From Patescibacteria group bacterium (GTDB lineage Bacteria; Patescibacteriota; Minisyncoccia; Phycocordibacterales; UBA9973): a stretch of DNA of 64,000 nt. Of the stretch, positions 1 through 8,859 are shown piece by piece. Where the stretch lies: NCBI GenBank assembly GCA_038063915.1, contig JBBTUE010000005.1, forward strand, positions 10,547 to 74,546. The letters are read 5' to 3'. Under the pieces are notes generated by a model. It did not search any database, was not told the DNA's origin, and saw only the letters and a program-made list of their open reading frames with translations. The translations under genes and the position numbers were made by a program. Every line of letters starts with the position of its first letter. Position 1 is the first letter of the stretch.

Positions 1-379
1 CTTTATCCATTCTAGGTTTGTAGTAATAACCTTCGAGGTTAGCTATTGTCACTAAGTGCATCAAGTTTTTGTAGCCTTGTAGATTTTTAGCGAGCAGCGT
101 TAGATGGTAGCGTTTATTGTCGACACCGGGCTCCTTGTCTGCCCGGCCTCGCTCAGCAATATAAGCTTCAACTCCTATTATTGGCTTTATTTTGGCCTTC
201 TTGCATTCCTTATAGAATTCAATAGCTCCATACATATTTCCATGGTCGGTAATAGCCATGGCAGACATACCGCTCTTTTTGGCAATTCTAACCATATCTT
301 CAACCTTCGATAATCCATCTAAAAGTGAGTAATGAGAATGGGTGTGAAGGTGAATAAATTTTGAGTCCATTTTCTCCAT
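1..379 (-). CDS. dnaE: DNA polymerase III alpha subunit, N-terminal PHP domain (partial; gene continues beyond the window start)
   Basis: Minus-strand translation from the ATG at 379 gives MEKMDSKFIHLHTHSHYSLLDGLSKVEDMVRIAKKSGMSAMAITDHGNMYGAIEFYKECKKAKIKPIIGVEAYIA, the canonical DnaE PHP-domain N-terminus. The listed plus-strand ORF 104..313 is antisense to it. Confidence 0.8.
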   Translation of the reverse strand, partial: MEKMDSKFIHLHTHSHYSLLDGLSKVEDMVRIAKKSGMSAMAITDHGNMYGAIEFYKECKKAKIKPIIGVEAYIAERGRADKEPGVDNKRYHLTLLAKNLQGYKNLMHLVTIANLEGYYYKPRMDK

Positions 380-415
380 TTCCCCAGTATAGCAAATGAG
401 GTATGATAGCTCTAT

Positions 416-1093
416 ATGGACAAACAGACTAAAAATGGCCGATATATTATAGGTATAGATGAAGTTGGAAGGGGTCCGATAGCAGGACCAGTGGCAGTGG
501 GAGCGTTTATATGCAAGAAAGAATTTTTTGATTCAATTGAAATTGACACACCACTGCGAGATTCTAAAAAGCTCAGTGCCAAGCAGAGAGAGAAATGGTT
601 TGTATATTTAAAAGAGTGTAGAGAAAAAGAATTATGTAATTTTGCAGTTTCATATGTATCGTCAGAAAATATTGATAAATTTGGGATAGTGAAAGCAATT
701 CAGAAAGCTCTAGATGCTTCACTTAATAAGATTACCAAGCAGGATGGAGGAAATCCTAACCGTGTCGGAGCCCCCGAAGAGAGGGTAAAGCGGGAGAATT
801 TCCTGCATCCGGCAAGGACTACTGTTTATTTAGATGGAGGGCTAAAAGCTCCAGTAGAGTATATAAATCAAGAAACAGTAGTAAAAGGTGACGAACTCCA
901 CCCAGTTATATCCTGTGCATCAATTGTAGCCAAAGTTTCTCGTGATCGGGTTATGGCAAATTATGCAAAAGAGTATCCTCTGTATGGATTCGAAAATCAT
1001 ATGGGTTATGGAACTCGCGCCCATTATGAAGCAATAAAAAAGCATGGTCAGACCGTGCTTCACAGGAAGAGTTTTCTTAAGAATATTTCTTGA
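416..1093 (+). CDS. rnhB: ribonuclease HII
   Basis: IIGIDEVGRGPIAGPVAVGA is the RNase HII active-site N-terminus. Contains a GC-rich in-frame insertion at about 741..830. Confidence 0.85.
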   Translation: MDKQTKNGRYIIGIDEVGRGPIAGPVAVGAFICKKEFFDSIEIDTPLRDSKKLSAKQREKWFVYLKECREKELCNFAVSYVSSENIDKFGIVKAIQKALDASLNKITKQDGGNPNRVGAPEERVKRENFLHPARTTVYLDGGLKAPVEYINQETVVKGDELHPVISCASIVAKVSRDRVMANYAKEYPLYGFENHMGYGTRAHYEAIKKHGQTVLHRKSFLKNIS

Positions 1094-3638
1094 GCCAGTT
1101 TTTTAATGCTTTGTAGTCATCTTTCCGCCATGCAGAGTTTGAGTAAATCCTCTCATATGATTGCTCGAGCGTTCGCTCTGCACCAGGAGCATTATTTTTT
1201 GAGAAGAATTTCCTAGCATTCTTTGCATCTGAGATCTTTATATGACTTCCAAGTGGAGATACTAGTCGGCCGAGAAAGTGGCCTCCTTCGCCATATTTTT
1301 CCAGCAATACTTTCCAATTGTTTTTTATAAATTGCCAAGCTAGATCACGTCCAACTTTATTCTGCCAAACACTACCTATAACGAACGGAGCATCTTGGTC
1401 TCGGATATCTTTTGATAGCGCAAGTTCTAGTGTTTTCCCCAGGAGTGCTTTATTTTCAAATTGTGTCATTGCTCGACTCAAGCGATCTTTCTCTTCGTGC
1501 AAGTCTTCTTTTTTATGTAACTTCTTGAAGATATCCCATTCTTTCTTTGATCCACTACGAGCAACTACACTATAAACTACTCCACGGATGTCGGCTTCTA
1601 TTTTTCCCTTTTTTCTATTAGTAAAAAGTACTTTGGATTTTTTTATGACATTTACGTCGCCATAATATCCTGCTTGCCCAAGGGCCAAACTCCGCAGGAA
1701 TATTTGTGAGTGATCCTCACCTTTCTTTTTACCCCATCCAAGTCTATTAGCTAAAGGAGAAAATAGCGACCGAGCATATTTCCTATAATAATCTTTCAAT
1801 TCATTATCTATAAAAATATTATTAACCCTACCAATTCCTCCTGCGATTTCAGACCAGACGATGAACTCAGTCTCGTGCTTGTACGATAGTGAAAATTCAA
1901 GTGCTTCAACTACAGATATATAGCCACCTTCTGCGAGCGCGAATAGGTCGCGGATAACTCCTAATCTATCACGAACTGAGAGTTTACCCGTCTCTATGTC
2001 ACCTCTGAGTTTTAAAAGTGTGTCTTTGTCGTATCTAACACGCAAAAATGATCCCTCTCCCGCGTTGACTTTGCCAACCGACTTACCGAGGATAGGAAAA
2101 GACTTTTTAGTGGCGAGCATTTTTATGGATTTATTATTTGCCTTATACTCAAGTGGAATTTGCCAAAGCGTTTTTTCTTTATTAACTCTTACAGAGATAC
2201 GACTAGAGAAGAATCGTTCTTGGTGTCCAATATACCCTTTTCTACTCTTTGATATAGTGATGACCGGATAACCAGTTTTCTTTGTCCATGACTCCATCAG
2301 TTTCTTTATTGGTTGATTGCTTTCTTTCTCAAATGAATTCCATAGGTCTACTGTGTCTGTGTTTTTATAACTATGCTTCTTTAAGTAATGTATGAGTCCA
2401 CTTCGAAATTTGTCATGTCCCATATATTCTGCTAATTGCCTAATCACAGCAGAACCTTTTGCATAAGAGACCATATCGAAAATTTCCCCAATTTCCTTTG
2501 GATGATGTACTATAACTTCTATAGGATGAGAATTTGCGAGTGAGTCGAGTCGCAGTGCTACTTGGTAACGATCAGCTAGATACAAGTCCCATACATGCCA
2601 TTTAGGAAACATATAATCTATACATAAATTTTCCATATAAGATGCAAAACCTTCATTGAGCCACAAATCTGTCCACCACCTCATGGTCACTAGATTGCCA
2701 AACCATTGATGAGCAATCTCATGAGCAATGACAATAGCAATCCATTGCTTATTGGAAAGGGAAGTGTGATCCTCGTCGACTAATAAAGTGCTCTCGCGGA
2801 AAGTAATTGCTCCCCAGTTTTCCATGGCGGCACTTTCAAAATCTGGAATGGCTATGAGGTCAAGTACAGGTAGTGGATAGGGGATATCGAAGTATTTATT
2901 ATAAAATTCTAATGATTTGATTGCGACCTGGAGGGCAAATTTGGCTTGGTGTTTCTTGCCCTTGGTTGTAAATACTCTTACTTGCACTTTATCCTTAGTG
3001 TAGCCTTCTACGAATTCAAATTCACCAATTATAAATGCCAGTAAATAAGTCGACATACGTGGAGTTGAAGCAAATTCTACAACCTTATATCCAGCCTCAT
3101 GCTCTTTAATCGTTTGCGGCAAAGTGTTTGATATTGCAGTATGATTGCCAGGGATAATAAGGGATACATCGAATATGGCTTTATGTGCCGGCTCGTCGAA
3201 GCAAGGAAAAGCGCGACGTGCATCAGTCGCTTCAAATTGAGTAGTTGCTATGTGTTTTGTGATGCCATCTATAACATATCGACTGCGATAAAATCCACGG
3301 AGACTTTCGTTTATGATTCCATTAAATACTAATGAAAGTTTTGCTTTGCCTTTTGGTACTGACTTTTTAAATATAAACGTAGCAGTTTCTGACTTAGTAT
3401 CATACTTTATTCTTGTTGCAAATTGTTTAATTTTTCCAGAATAAATCTCGACTGTCATGATATCTATATCTATAGAGTGCAAGGTAACTTCCTTTGTAGA
3501 TTTACCTATTAACACCTCTATAGTCTCATGTCCACTAAAAGTAAATGCCTCAAGGTCTGGTTTAATAGTCAGATTATATTTAATTGGCGAAATATGACTC
3601 GGCAGTCGGACCGATTTTTTCTGCATTTTTTTACTCAT
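1077..3638 (-). CDS. pepN: aminopeptidase N (M1 family zinc metallopeptidase)
   Basis: HEIAHQWFGNLVTMRWWTDLWLNEGFASY contains the HEXXH-18-E zinc motif and the GAMEN-like AMENWG motif. Confidence 0.9.
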   Translation of the reverse strand: MSKKMQKKSVRLPSHISPIKYNLTIKPDLEAFTFSGHETIEVLIGKSTKEVTLHSIDIDIMTVEIYSGKIKQFATRIKYDTKSETATFIFKKSVPKGKAKLSLVFNGIINESLRGFYRSRYVIDGITKHIATTQFEATDARRAFPCFDEPAHKAIFDVSLIIPGNHTAISNTLPQTIKEHEAGYKVVEFASTPRMSTYLLAFIIGEFEFVEGYTKDKVQVRVFTTKGKKHQAKFALQVAIKSLEFYNKYFDIPYPLPVLDLIAIPDFESAAMENWGAITFRESTLLVDEDHTSLSNKQWIAIVIAHEIAHQWFGNLVTMRWWTDLWLNEGFASYMENLCIDYMFPKWHVWDLYLADRYQVALRLDSLANSHPIEVIVHHPKEIGEIFDMVSYAKGSAVIRQLAEYMGHDKFRSGLIHYLKKHSYKNTDTVDLWNSFEKESNQPIKKLMESWTKKTGYPVITISKSRKGYIGHQERFFSSRISVRVNKEKTLWQIPLEYKANNKSIKMLATKKSFPILGKSVGKVNAGEGSFLRVRYDKDTLLKLRGDIETGKLSVRDRLGVIRDLFALAEGGYISVVEALEFSLSYKHETEFIVWSEIAGGIGRVNNIFIDNELKDYYRKYARSLFSPLANRLGWGKKKGEDHSQIFLRSLALGQAGYYGDVNVIKKSKVLFTNRKKGKIEADIRGVVYSVVARSGSKKEWDIFKKLHKKEDLHEEKDRLSRAMTQFENKALLGKTLELALSKDIRDQDAPFVIGSVWQNKVGRDLAWQFIKNNWKVLLEKYGEGGHFLGRLVSPLGSHIKISDAKNARKFFSKNNAPGAERTLEQSYERIYSNSAWRKDDYKALKNWLKKYS

Positions 3639-4859
3639 CTAAATTGTAGCTTTTTCTATACGCTCAAGGGCGACGACAAACGCTGCACGACGGATATCAG
3701 TCTTTAGTTCGTTTGCGCGATTAAATATTATCTCAGTTTCTTCCTCCATTATCTTTTTTAATTTTTCAAATACTTCTTCTTCACTCCAGTGTTCACCTGC
3801 TAAGTTTTGTTGCCATTCAAAAGTAGACACGGTCACTCCACCAGCGTTGGCTAATATGTCTGGTATTACAGGTATATTACGAGAGAATAATATATCATCA
3901 GCTTCTGGCGTTGTCGGACCATTGGCAAGTTCAAGGATAAGTCTAGCCTTGATATTGTTTGCATTTGCTTCGGTGATTTGGTTCTCAAGGGCCGCAGGGA
4001 TAAGAACATCGCAAGGGAGAAGCAGAAGCTCTTCGTTAGTAATCATCTTTGATCCCGGAAAGCCAGATATCTGACCGTTGTCTTTTTTATATTCATTTAA
4101 AAGTTTTATATCTATGCCATCTTCTTTTAATATTGCACCTTTCGAGTCTGATATGGCAATTATAGTGTGGCCATGTTTTGAAAGTATTTCCGCTGCATTA
4201 CCTCCGACGTTACCAAAACCTTGTATGACTACTTGACATGAGTCTGGCATAGCCATCTTCACTCTAATGACATCAAATACATAAAATCCCCCAAGTCCTG
4301 TAGCAGGTCCACGGCCTTCTGATCCACCGACATTAATCGGCTTTCCAGTGATGACAGCATTTGTCTTGTCACCAGTAATTTTCGAGTACTCATCTACCAT
4401 CCAAGACATTATCTCTGGAGTCGTGTTCACGTCAGGCGCAGGGACGTCTACCTGCGGTCCGATGACTGGGGCCATTAGTTTTATCCATCCTCGTGAAAGT
4501 TTTTCTAGCTCACTCTTGGATAATTTTTTCGGATCAACAGTGATACCACCCTTGCCTCCACCCATGGGGATATTTGCGACTGCACATTTTAGAGCCATCC
4601 AAAATGCTAGTGCTTTGACTTCGTTGATATCTGTATCTATATGGTAACGTATACCACCTTTATATGGACCGCGAGCATTGTTGTACTGAACTCGGTATCC
4701 TTCAAATATTGATAGAGTTCCGTCGTCCATAGTAACTGGGATGGCGATTCTTATTTCACGATTTGGTTGGTGAAGTCTCGAGAGAAATTCTTTACTAAAT
4801 TGTTTTACTTTATTTGCACGTTCTAACTGTGATAGGGCATTTTGGAATGGATTATTCAT
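3639..4859 (-). CDS. gdhA: NAD(P)-dependent glutamate dehydrogenase
   Basis: GGGKGG catalytic lysine motif and a GFGNVGG Rossmann motif, typical of Glu/Leu/Phe/Val dehydrogenases. Confidence 0.9.
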   Translation of the reverse strand: MNNPFQNALSQLERANKVKQFSKEFLSRLHQPNREIRIAIPVTMDDGTLSIFEGYRVQYNNARGPYKGGIRYHIDTDINEVKALAFWMALKCAVANIPMGGGKGGITVDPKKLSKSELEKLSRGWIKLMAPVIGPQVDVPAPDVNTTPEIMSWMVDEYSKITGDKTNAVITGKPINVGGSEGRGPATGLGGFYVFDVIRVKMAMPDSCQVVIQGFGNVGGNAAEILSKHGHTIIAISDSKGAILKEDGIDIKLLNEYKKDNGQISGFPGSKMITNEELLLLPCDVLIPAALENQITEANANNIKARLILELANGPTTPEADDILFSRNIPVIPDILANAGGVTVSTFEWQQNLAGEHWSEEEVFEKLKKIMEEETEIIFNRANELKTDIRRAAFVVALERIEKATI

Positions 4860-4970
4860 AGGATTTATTGGTTATATTTTAATACGATTTATTATACTCT
4901 TTTTAATGATTTATCGATAATTTGCCATTTCAGCCTTATTTATCAAAGGAAATTGGCATAGGGACAGGGC

Positions 4971-5000
4971 TTGACAAAGTATATATATCTATGCTATAAT
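4971..5000 (+). promoter_or_regulatory. sigma70-like promoter (-35 TTGACA at 4971..4976, 18-nt spacer, -10 TATAAT at 4995..5000)
   Basis: Consensus hexamers read directly from the sequence. The ORF-track start at 4971 is a TTG inside the -35 box, so the ATG at 5007 is the more likely start codon. Confidence 0.5.
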
Positions 5001-5006
5001 ACCAGT

Positions 5007-5510
5007 ATGAAAATCAATAAAACAATAAATTCAATAATATTTTTATCAGTAATCACGTTTCTTGTGAGTGCGACAAGTGCTCTTGCGTACGTTCCCGGAG
5101 TTTGGGATCCTCAAGCTCGTGTAAATCCAAATGAGCCTGCATTCTATAAAGTACCCACAACTTACGACGAACCAGTAGTTATTCAGACTCCAAAAATAGT
5201 TGCTGTAGGTCAAAATACTACTACCGCTTCGGGTCCAACAACTAATAATACAGTTGTAAAGAAATCTACTACAACTACTCCTGCAAAAGAAAAAGTAAAT
5301 TCTACAACAAGTGACACAGCACTCAAGCCAGTAGTTACTACAAATCCTAATGAATTGACAGCGCTTTCGCTTGCAGGTAGTGGGGGATTTATGCCAAGTT
5401 CAATATGGCAATGGTTCCTAGTGATACTACTTATACTAGCGATAATTATTCTTGCTCGTATACTTAGTCGCCCCTCTCATCATGAAGTTCATACAGTAAC
5501 CGCTCACTAA
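5007..5510 (+). CDS. secreted Thr-rich protein with a C-terminal hydrophobic anchor and basic tail (hypothetical)
   Basis: N-terminal signal peptide, Thr/Asn-rich low-complexity middle region, and a C-terminal LAGSGG...TM...RILSRPSHH segment resembling a cell-surface sorting signal. Confidence 0.5.
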   Translation: MKINKTINSIIFLSVITFLVSATSALAYVPGVWDPQARVNPNEPAFYKVPTTYDEPVVIQTPKIVAVGQNTTTASGPTTNNTVVKKSTTTTPAKEKVNSTTSDTALKPVVTTNPNELTALSLAGSGGFMPSSIWQWFLVILLILAIIILARILSRPSHHEVHTVTAH

Positions 5511-5528
5511 TTATAAATAATATAAAAA

Positions 5529-5556
5529 TACCCTAGTCAGATGACTAGGGTATTTT
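5529..5556 (+). terminator. rho-independent terminator (ACCCTAGTCA-gatg-ACTAGGGT followed by a T-run)
   Basis: Perfect 10-bp inverted repeat followed by TATTTTTAT. Confidence 0.6.
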
Positions 5557-5568
5557 TATATCTCGTGC

Positions 5569-5600
5569 TTGACATATACCCCTAGGGGGTATAGACTATA
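5569..5600 (+). promoter_or_regulatory. csoR-copA promoter with embedded CsoR-type operator palindrome ATACCCCTAGGGGGTAT (5576..5592)
   Basis: -35 TTGACA at 5569..5574, 17-nt spacer, -10-like TAGACT at 5592..5597. The spacer is a GC-rich near-palindrome of the TACCC-N-GGGTA type known for CsoR operators. Confidence 0.5.
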
Positions 5601-5603
5601 AAT

Positions 5604-5870
5604 ATGAAACAGGAAATAAAAGGGAAAGCCCTAAGGCGCCTAAAGATTATTGAAGGCCAAGTTCGTGGGCTCCAAGATATGGTAGCCAAAGAAAAATATT
5701 GTATTGATATTATCGCTCAAACTGGTGCAGTAAAGAGAGCGCTCTCTAGTGTGGAGGATTTGATTCTAGAGAACCACCTATCCACTCACGTTATACATCA
5801 GATCAAACATGGCCATGAGGACAAGCCAGTCAAGGAAATTTTAAAAATTTATCGCCTTAAACGCAAATAA
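5604..5870 (+). CDS. csoR: CsoR/RcnR family metal-sensing transcriptional repressor
   Basis: RLKIIEGQVRGLQDMVAKEKYCIDIIAQTGAVKRALSSVEDLILENHLSTHV matches the DUF156 fold with the Cys and His-x3-His metal ligands. Confidence 0.85.
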   Translation: MKQEIKGKALRRLKIIEGQVRGLQDMVAKEKYCIDIIAQTGAVKRALSSVEDLILENHLSTHVIHQIKHGHEDKPVKEILKIYRLKRK

Positions 5871-5874
5871 TTTT

Positions 5875-8169
5875 ATGAATAGTGGAACTTATAAAATAAA
5901 AGGAATGCATTGCGCCTCGTGTGCTGGCATCATAGAGAAAACTTTCAAGATGATTAAAGGAGTCTCCTTGGCAGAGGTGAATTATGGGACTGAAACTGCA
6001 AAAGTTGTTTTCGATGAATCAAAGACTAGCCCAGAAGATCTCTCTTTGAAAATAGAGAAATTAGGTTACTCACTCGTCATTCCAAAGACAGCCAAAGAGA
6101 TGGGTATGTCGGAAGATGAACATGCTGGACATCTTGGACTATCTCAATCCAAAAAAGAGAAACTTGCCGAAGTCAGAGATATGAGGGCGAAAGTTATGTC
6201 AGCGATACCACCTGCTATCATTAGCGTCTTTGTAATGAGCTGGGATATTTTATCTGCTTACAATCAAGTTCCAGAGATGAGTTATACAGTCAAAGAATTT
6301 TTCCATCACTTACTACCTCTTATGGCTACATACATACTCTTTGTAGTAGGTAAACCATACCTACTTGGATTTTACCGTTTCTTACGCTATGGCAAAGCTA
6401 ACATGGATACGCTCATTGGTATAGGTACTCTAACTGCGTACCTATATAGCTTTGCAGTCACAGCTTTTGAAGATGCACTTAAGCCATTTATAAATGTGGA
6501 TGCGACATACTATGATGTGACAATTATCGTCATAACTTTTATTGCACTTGGAAAATATCTAGAAGCTCGCTCGAAAATAAAAACAGGAGATGCTATAGAA
6601 AAGCTCTTAAATCTTCAAGCCAAAACAGCGTTAGTGATTCGTGGTGGAAAAGAGATTGAGATCGCAGTCGATCAAGTGGTTCACGGCGACCTTATTATTA
6701 TAAAACCAGGAGCCAAGATTCCTGTTGATGGCATGATAACAGAAGGAAGCTCATTTATTGATGAATCTATGGTCACAGGCGAGCCGATGCCGGCACAAAA
6801 AAAAGTAGGCGATGAAGTAGTCGCCGGTACAATAAATACTAGTGGATCATTTACATTTAAGGCTACGAAAGTCGGAAGCGAGACACTACTTGCTCATATT
6901 ATAAAGATGGTAGAAGATGCACAAGGCTCTCGAGCACCAATTCAAGCTCTAGCCGATAAGATATCTAGTATATTTGTACCAATTGTCCTCGTTATTGCAT
7001 TTGTTACTCTAGGGGCATGGTTATTACTCGGCAGCAGTTCACTTGGATTCTCGCAAGCACTTTCATATGGGCTCGTATCATTTGTCGGAGTTCTTGTCAT
7101 CGCTTGCCCATGTGCTCTTGGTCTTGCGACACCGACCGCTATTATTGTCGGAGTTGGCAAAGGAGCTCGTGCAGGAATCTTGATAAAAGATGCTGCTACA
7201 CTCGAGAAGCTCCATAAAGTCGATACAGTTATTGTTGACAAAACAGGGACTATAACAATCGGCAAGCCAACACTCGTTGATATACAAAATCTCTCTAACA
7301 TGAAAGACGGTGAACTTATATCTATACTCGCATCTCTTGAAAGTAAATCAGAGCATCCAATCGCGCACGCAATCGTAAACTATGCTAAGGACAAGAACCT
7401 AGAGATGGAAGAAGTTTCCAATTTTGAAGGTCTACAAGGCAAAGGTTTGAAAGGATCAATAAGTAGTACGGAATATTTTGTTGGAAATACAAAACTCATA
7501 CAAGATTTAAAGCTTACATTCGATGTATCAGTAATCGAAAAATTTACTATGCAAGGTAAAACCCCAGTCATAATTGCAACAAAAGAAAAAGTGCTTGGAT
7601 TTGTCATGGTTGCAGATGAGATTAAACCAGAATCCAAGCAAGCAGTAAATGATTTACACAAACTTGGTATTAAAGTTATCATGCTAACAGGAGATGACGA
7701 GATGGCAGCGAAATACATGGCCTCACTTGTCGGTATTGATGAAGTTGTTGCTCATGTAATGCCACAAGATAAATTGGCGAAGATAAAAGAACTCCAATCG
7801 CAAGGCCACATTGTCGCCATGGCCGGAGATGGGGTCAATGACGCTCCAGCGCTTGCTCAGGCTGATGTAGGTATAGCTATGGGCACAGGTACAGATGTGG
7901 CAATAGAGAGTGCAGGCATTACATTACTTGGTGGAGATATTTCAAAACTTGTCAAAGCCATAAAGCTCTCAAAGATGACAATGCGAGGCATCAAACAAAA
8001 TCTATTTTGGGCATTCTTCTATAATATTGTTGGTATTCCACTTGCTGCAGGATTGTTCTATCCATTTTTCGGATGGCTCCTCTCGCCAGTATTTGCAGGA
8101 TTTGCGATGGCAATGTCTTCCGTATCAGTGGTGTCGAACTCACTGAGAATTAAAGCTAAGAGATTATAA
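5875..8169 (+). CDS. copA: copper-translocating P1B-type ATPase
   Basis: N-terminal HMA domain with GMHCASCAG. Also carries CPC, DKTGTIT, SEHP and GDGVNDAPAL motifs. Confidence 0.95.
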   Translation: MNSGTYKIKGMHCASCAGIIEKTFKMIKGVSLAEVNYGTETAKVVFDESKTSPEDLSLKIEKLGYSLVIPKTAKEMGMSEDEHAGHLGLSQSKKEKLAEVRDMRAKVMSAIPPAIISVFVMSWDILSAYNQVPEMSYTVKEFFHHLLPLMATYILFVVGKPYLLGFYRFLRYGKANMDTLIGIGTLTAYLYSFAVTAFEDALKPFINVDATYYDVTIIVITFIALGKYLEARSKIKTGDAIEKLLNLQAKTALVIRGGKEIEIAVDQVVHGDLIIIKPGAKIPVDGMITEGSSFIDESMVTGEPMPAQKKVGDEVVAGTINTSGSFTFKATKVGSETLLAHIIKMVEDAQGSRAPIQALADKISSIFVPIVLVIAFVTLGAWLLLGSSSLGFSQALSYGLVSFVGVLVIACPCALGLATPTAIIVGVGKGARAGILIKDAATLEKLHKVDTVIVDKTGTITIGKPTLVDIQNLSNMKDGELISILASLESKSEHPIAHAIVNYAKDKNLEMEEVSNFEGLQGKGLKGSISSTEYFVGNTKLIQDLKLTFDVSVIEKFTMQGKTPVIIATKEKVLGFVMVADEIKPESKQAVNDLHKLGIKVIMLTGDDEMAAKYMASLVGIDEVVAHVMPQDKLAKIKELQSQGHIVAMAGDGVNDAPALAQADVGIAMGTGTDVAIESAGITLLGGDISKLVKAIKLSKMTMRGIKQNLFWAFFYNIVGIPLAAGLFYPFFGWLLSPVFAGFAMAMSSVSVVSNSLRIKAKRL

Positions 8170-8185
8170 TTAATAAAAAAATAAT

Positions 8186-8848
8186 ATGAACAATCAAGAA
8201 AATAATAAAATGTTGTATATAGTAGGAGGGATAACAATTGGTGTATTTATTACTGTACTATTAAGTTCAGCATTTAGTCGAGGAGTAGGCTATGGCGGAA
8301 TGATGTCATGGAGGAGTAACCGAGGGGAAGATAACCAATTTACATCTAAGACAACTAACTCAGTCAACCAAATAGATAAGCATTTTATCGAGCAAATGAT
8401 TCCTCATCACGAAGGTGCAATTGACATGTCGAAACTTGCTCTTCAAAAAGCAAAACACGCAGAGGTCAAAATTTTAGCCGAGGCAATTATAGGAGCTCAA
8501 ACTAAAGAAATTGGAGATATGAAGGATTGGTACAAAAGTTGGTTTAACAAAGATGTTGAAAATCAGGATATATACGCATATGGAATGGTTAGTGGTGGAA
8601 TGATGTCGAGAGGTGGAATGCATATGGGTGGAAAAGAAGATATGACGGCACTTGAAAATGCAACGGATTTCGACAAAGCCTTTATAGAGAAAATGATTCC
8701 TCATCATCAATTAGCTATTATGATGGCACAGATGTTAAAGTCTGGGACAAATAGACCAGAGATGTTAACCCTTGCAAATAATATTATCGAGTCACAATCA
8801 AAAGAAATTGAACAGATGCAAGGCTGGTATAAAAATTGGTATAAGTAG
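8186..8848 (+). CDS. DUF305 domain protein (two tandem DUF305 repeats), copper-resistance associated
   Basis: Duplicated MIPHHEGAIDM and MIPHHQLAIMMA four-helix motifs, N-terminal transmembrane segment. Confidence 0.8.
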   Translation: MNNQENNKMLYIVGGITIGVFITVLLSSAFSRGVGYGGMMSWRSNRGEDNQFTSKTTNSVNQIDKHFIEQMIPHHEGAIDMSKLALQKAKHAEVKILAEAIIGAQTKEIGDMKDWYKSWFNKDVENQDIYAYGMVSGGMMSRGGMHMGGKEDMTALENATDFDKAFIEKMIPHHQLAIMMAQMLKSGTNRPEMLTLANNIIESQSKEIEQMQGWYKNWYK

Positions 8849-8859
8849 GGATATATAAT

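Noticed and set aside
104-313. 69-aa plus-strand ORF at the window start
   Set aside because: It is antisense to the clearly recognisable dnaE PHP-domain coding sequence on the minus strand (1..379).
6942-7718. Several ORFs of 60 to 120 aa inside or antisense to copA (6942..7301, 7017..7217, 7078..7287, 7380..7718)
   Set aside because: They overlap the high-confidence copA reading frame and have no recognisable domains. They are typical frame-shadow ORFs.
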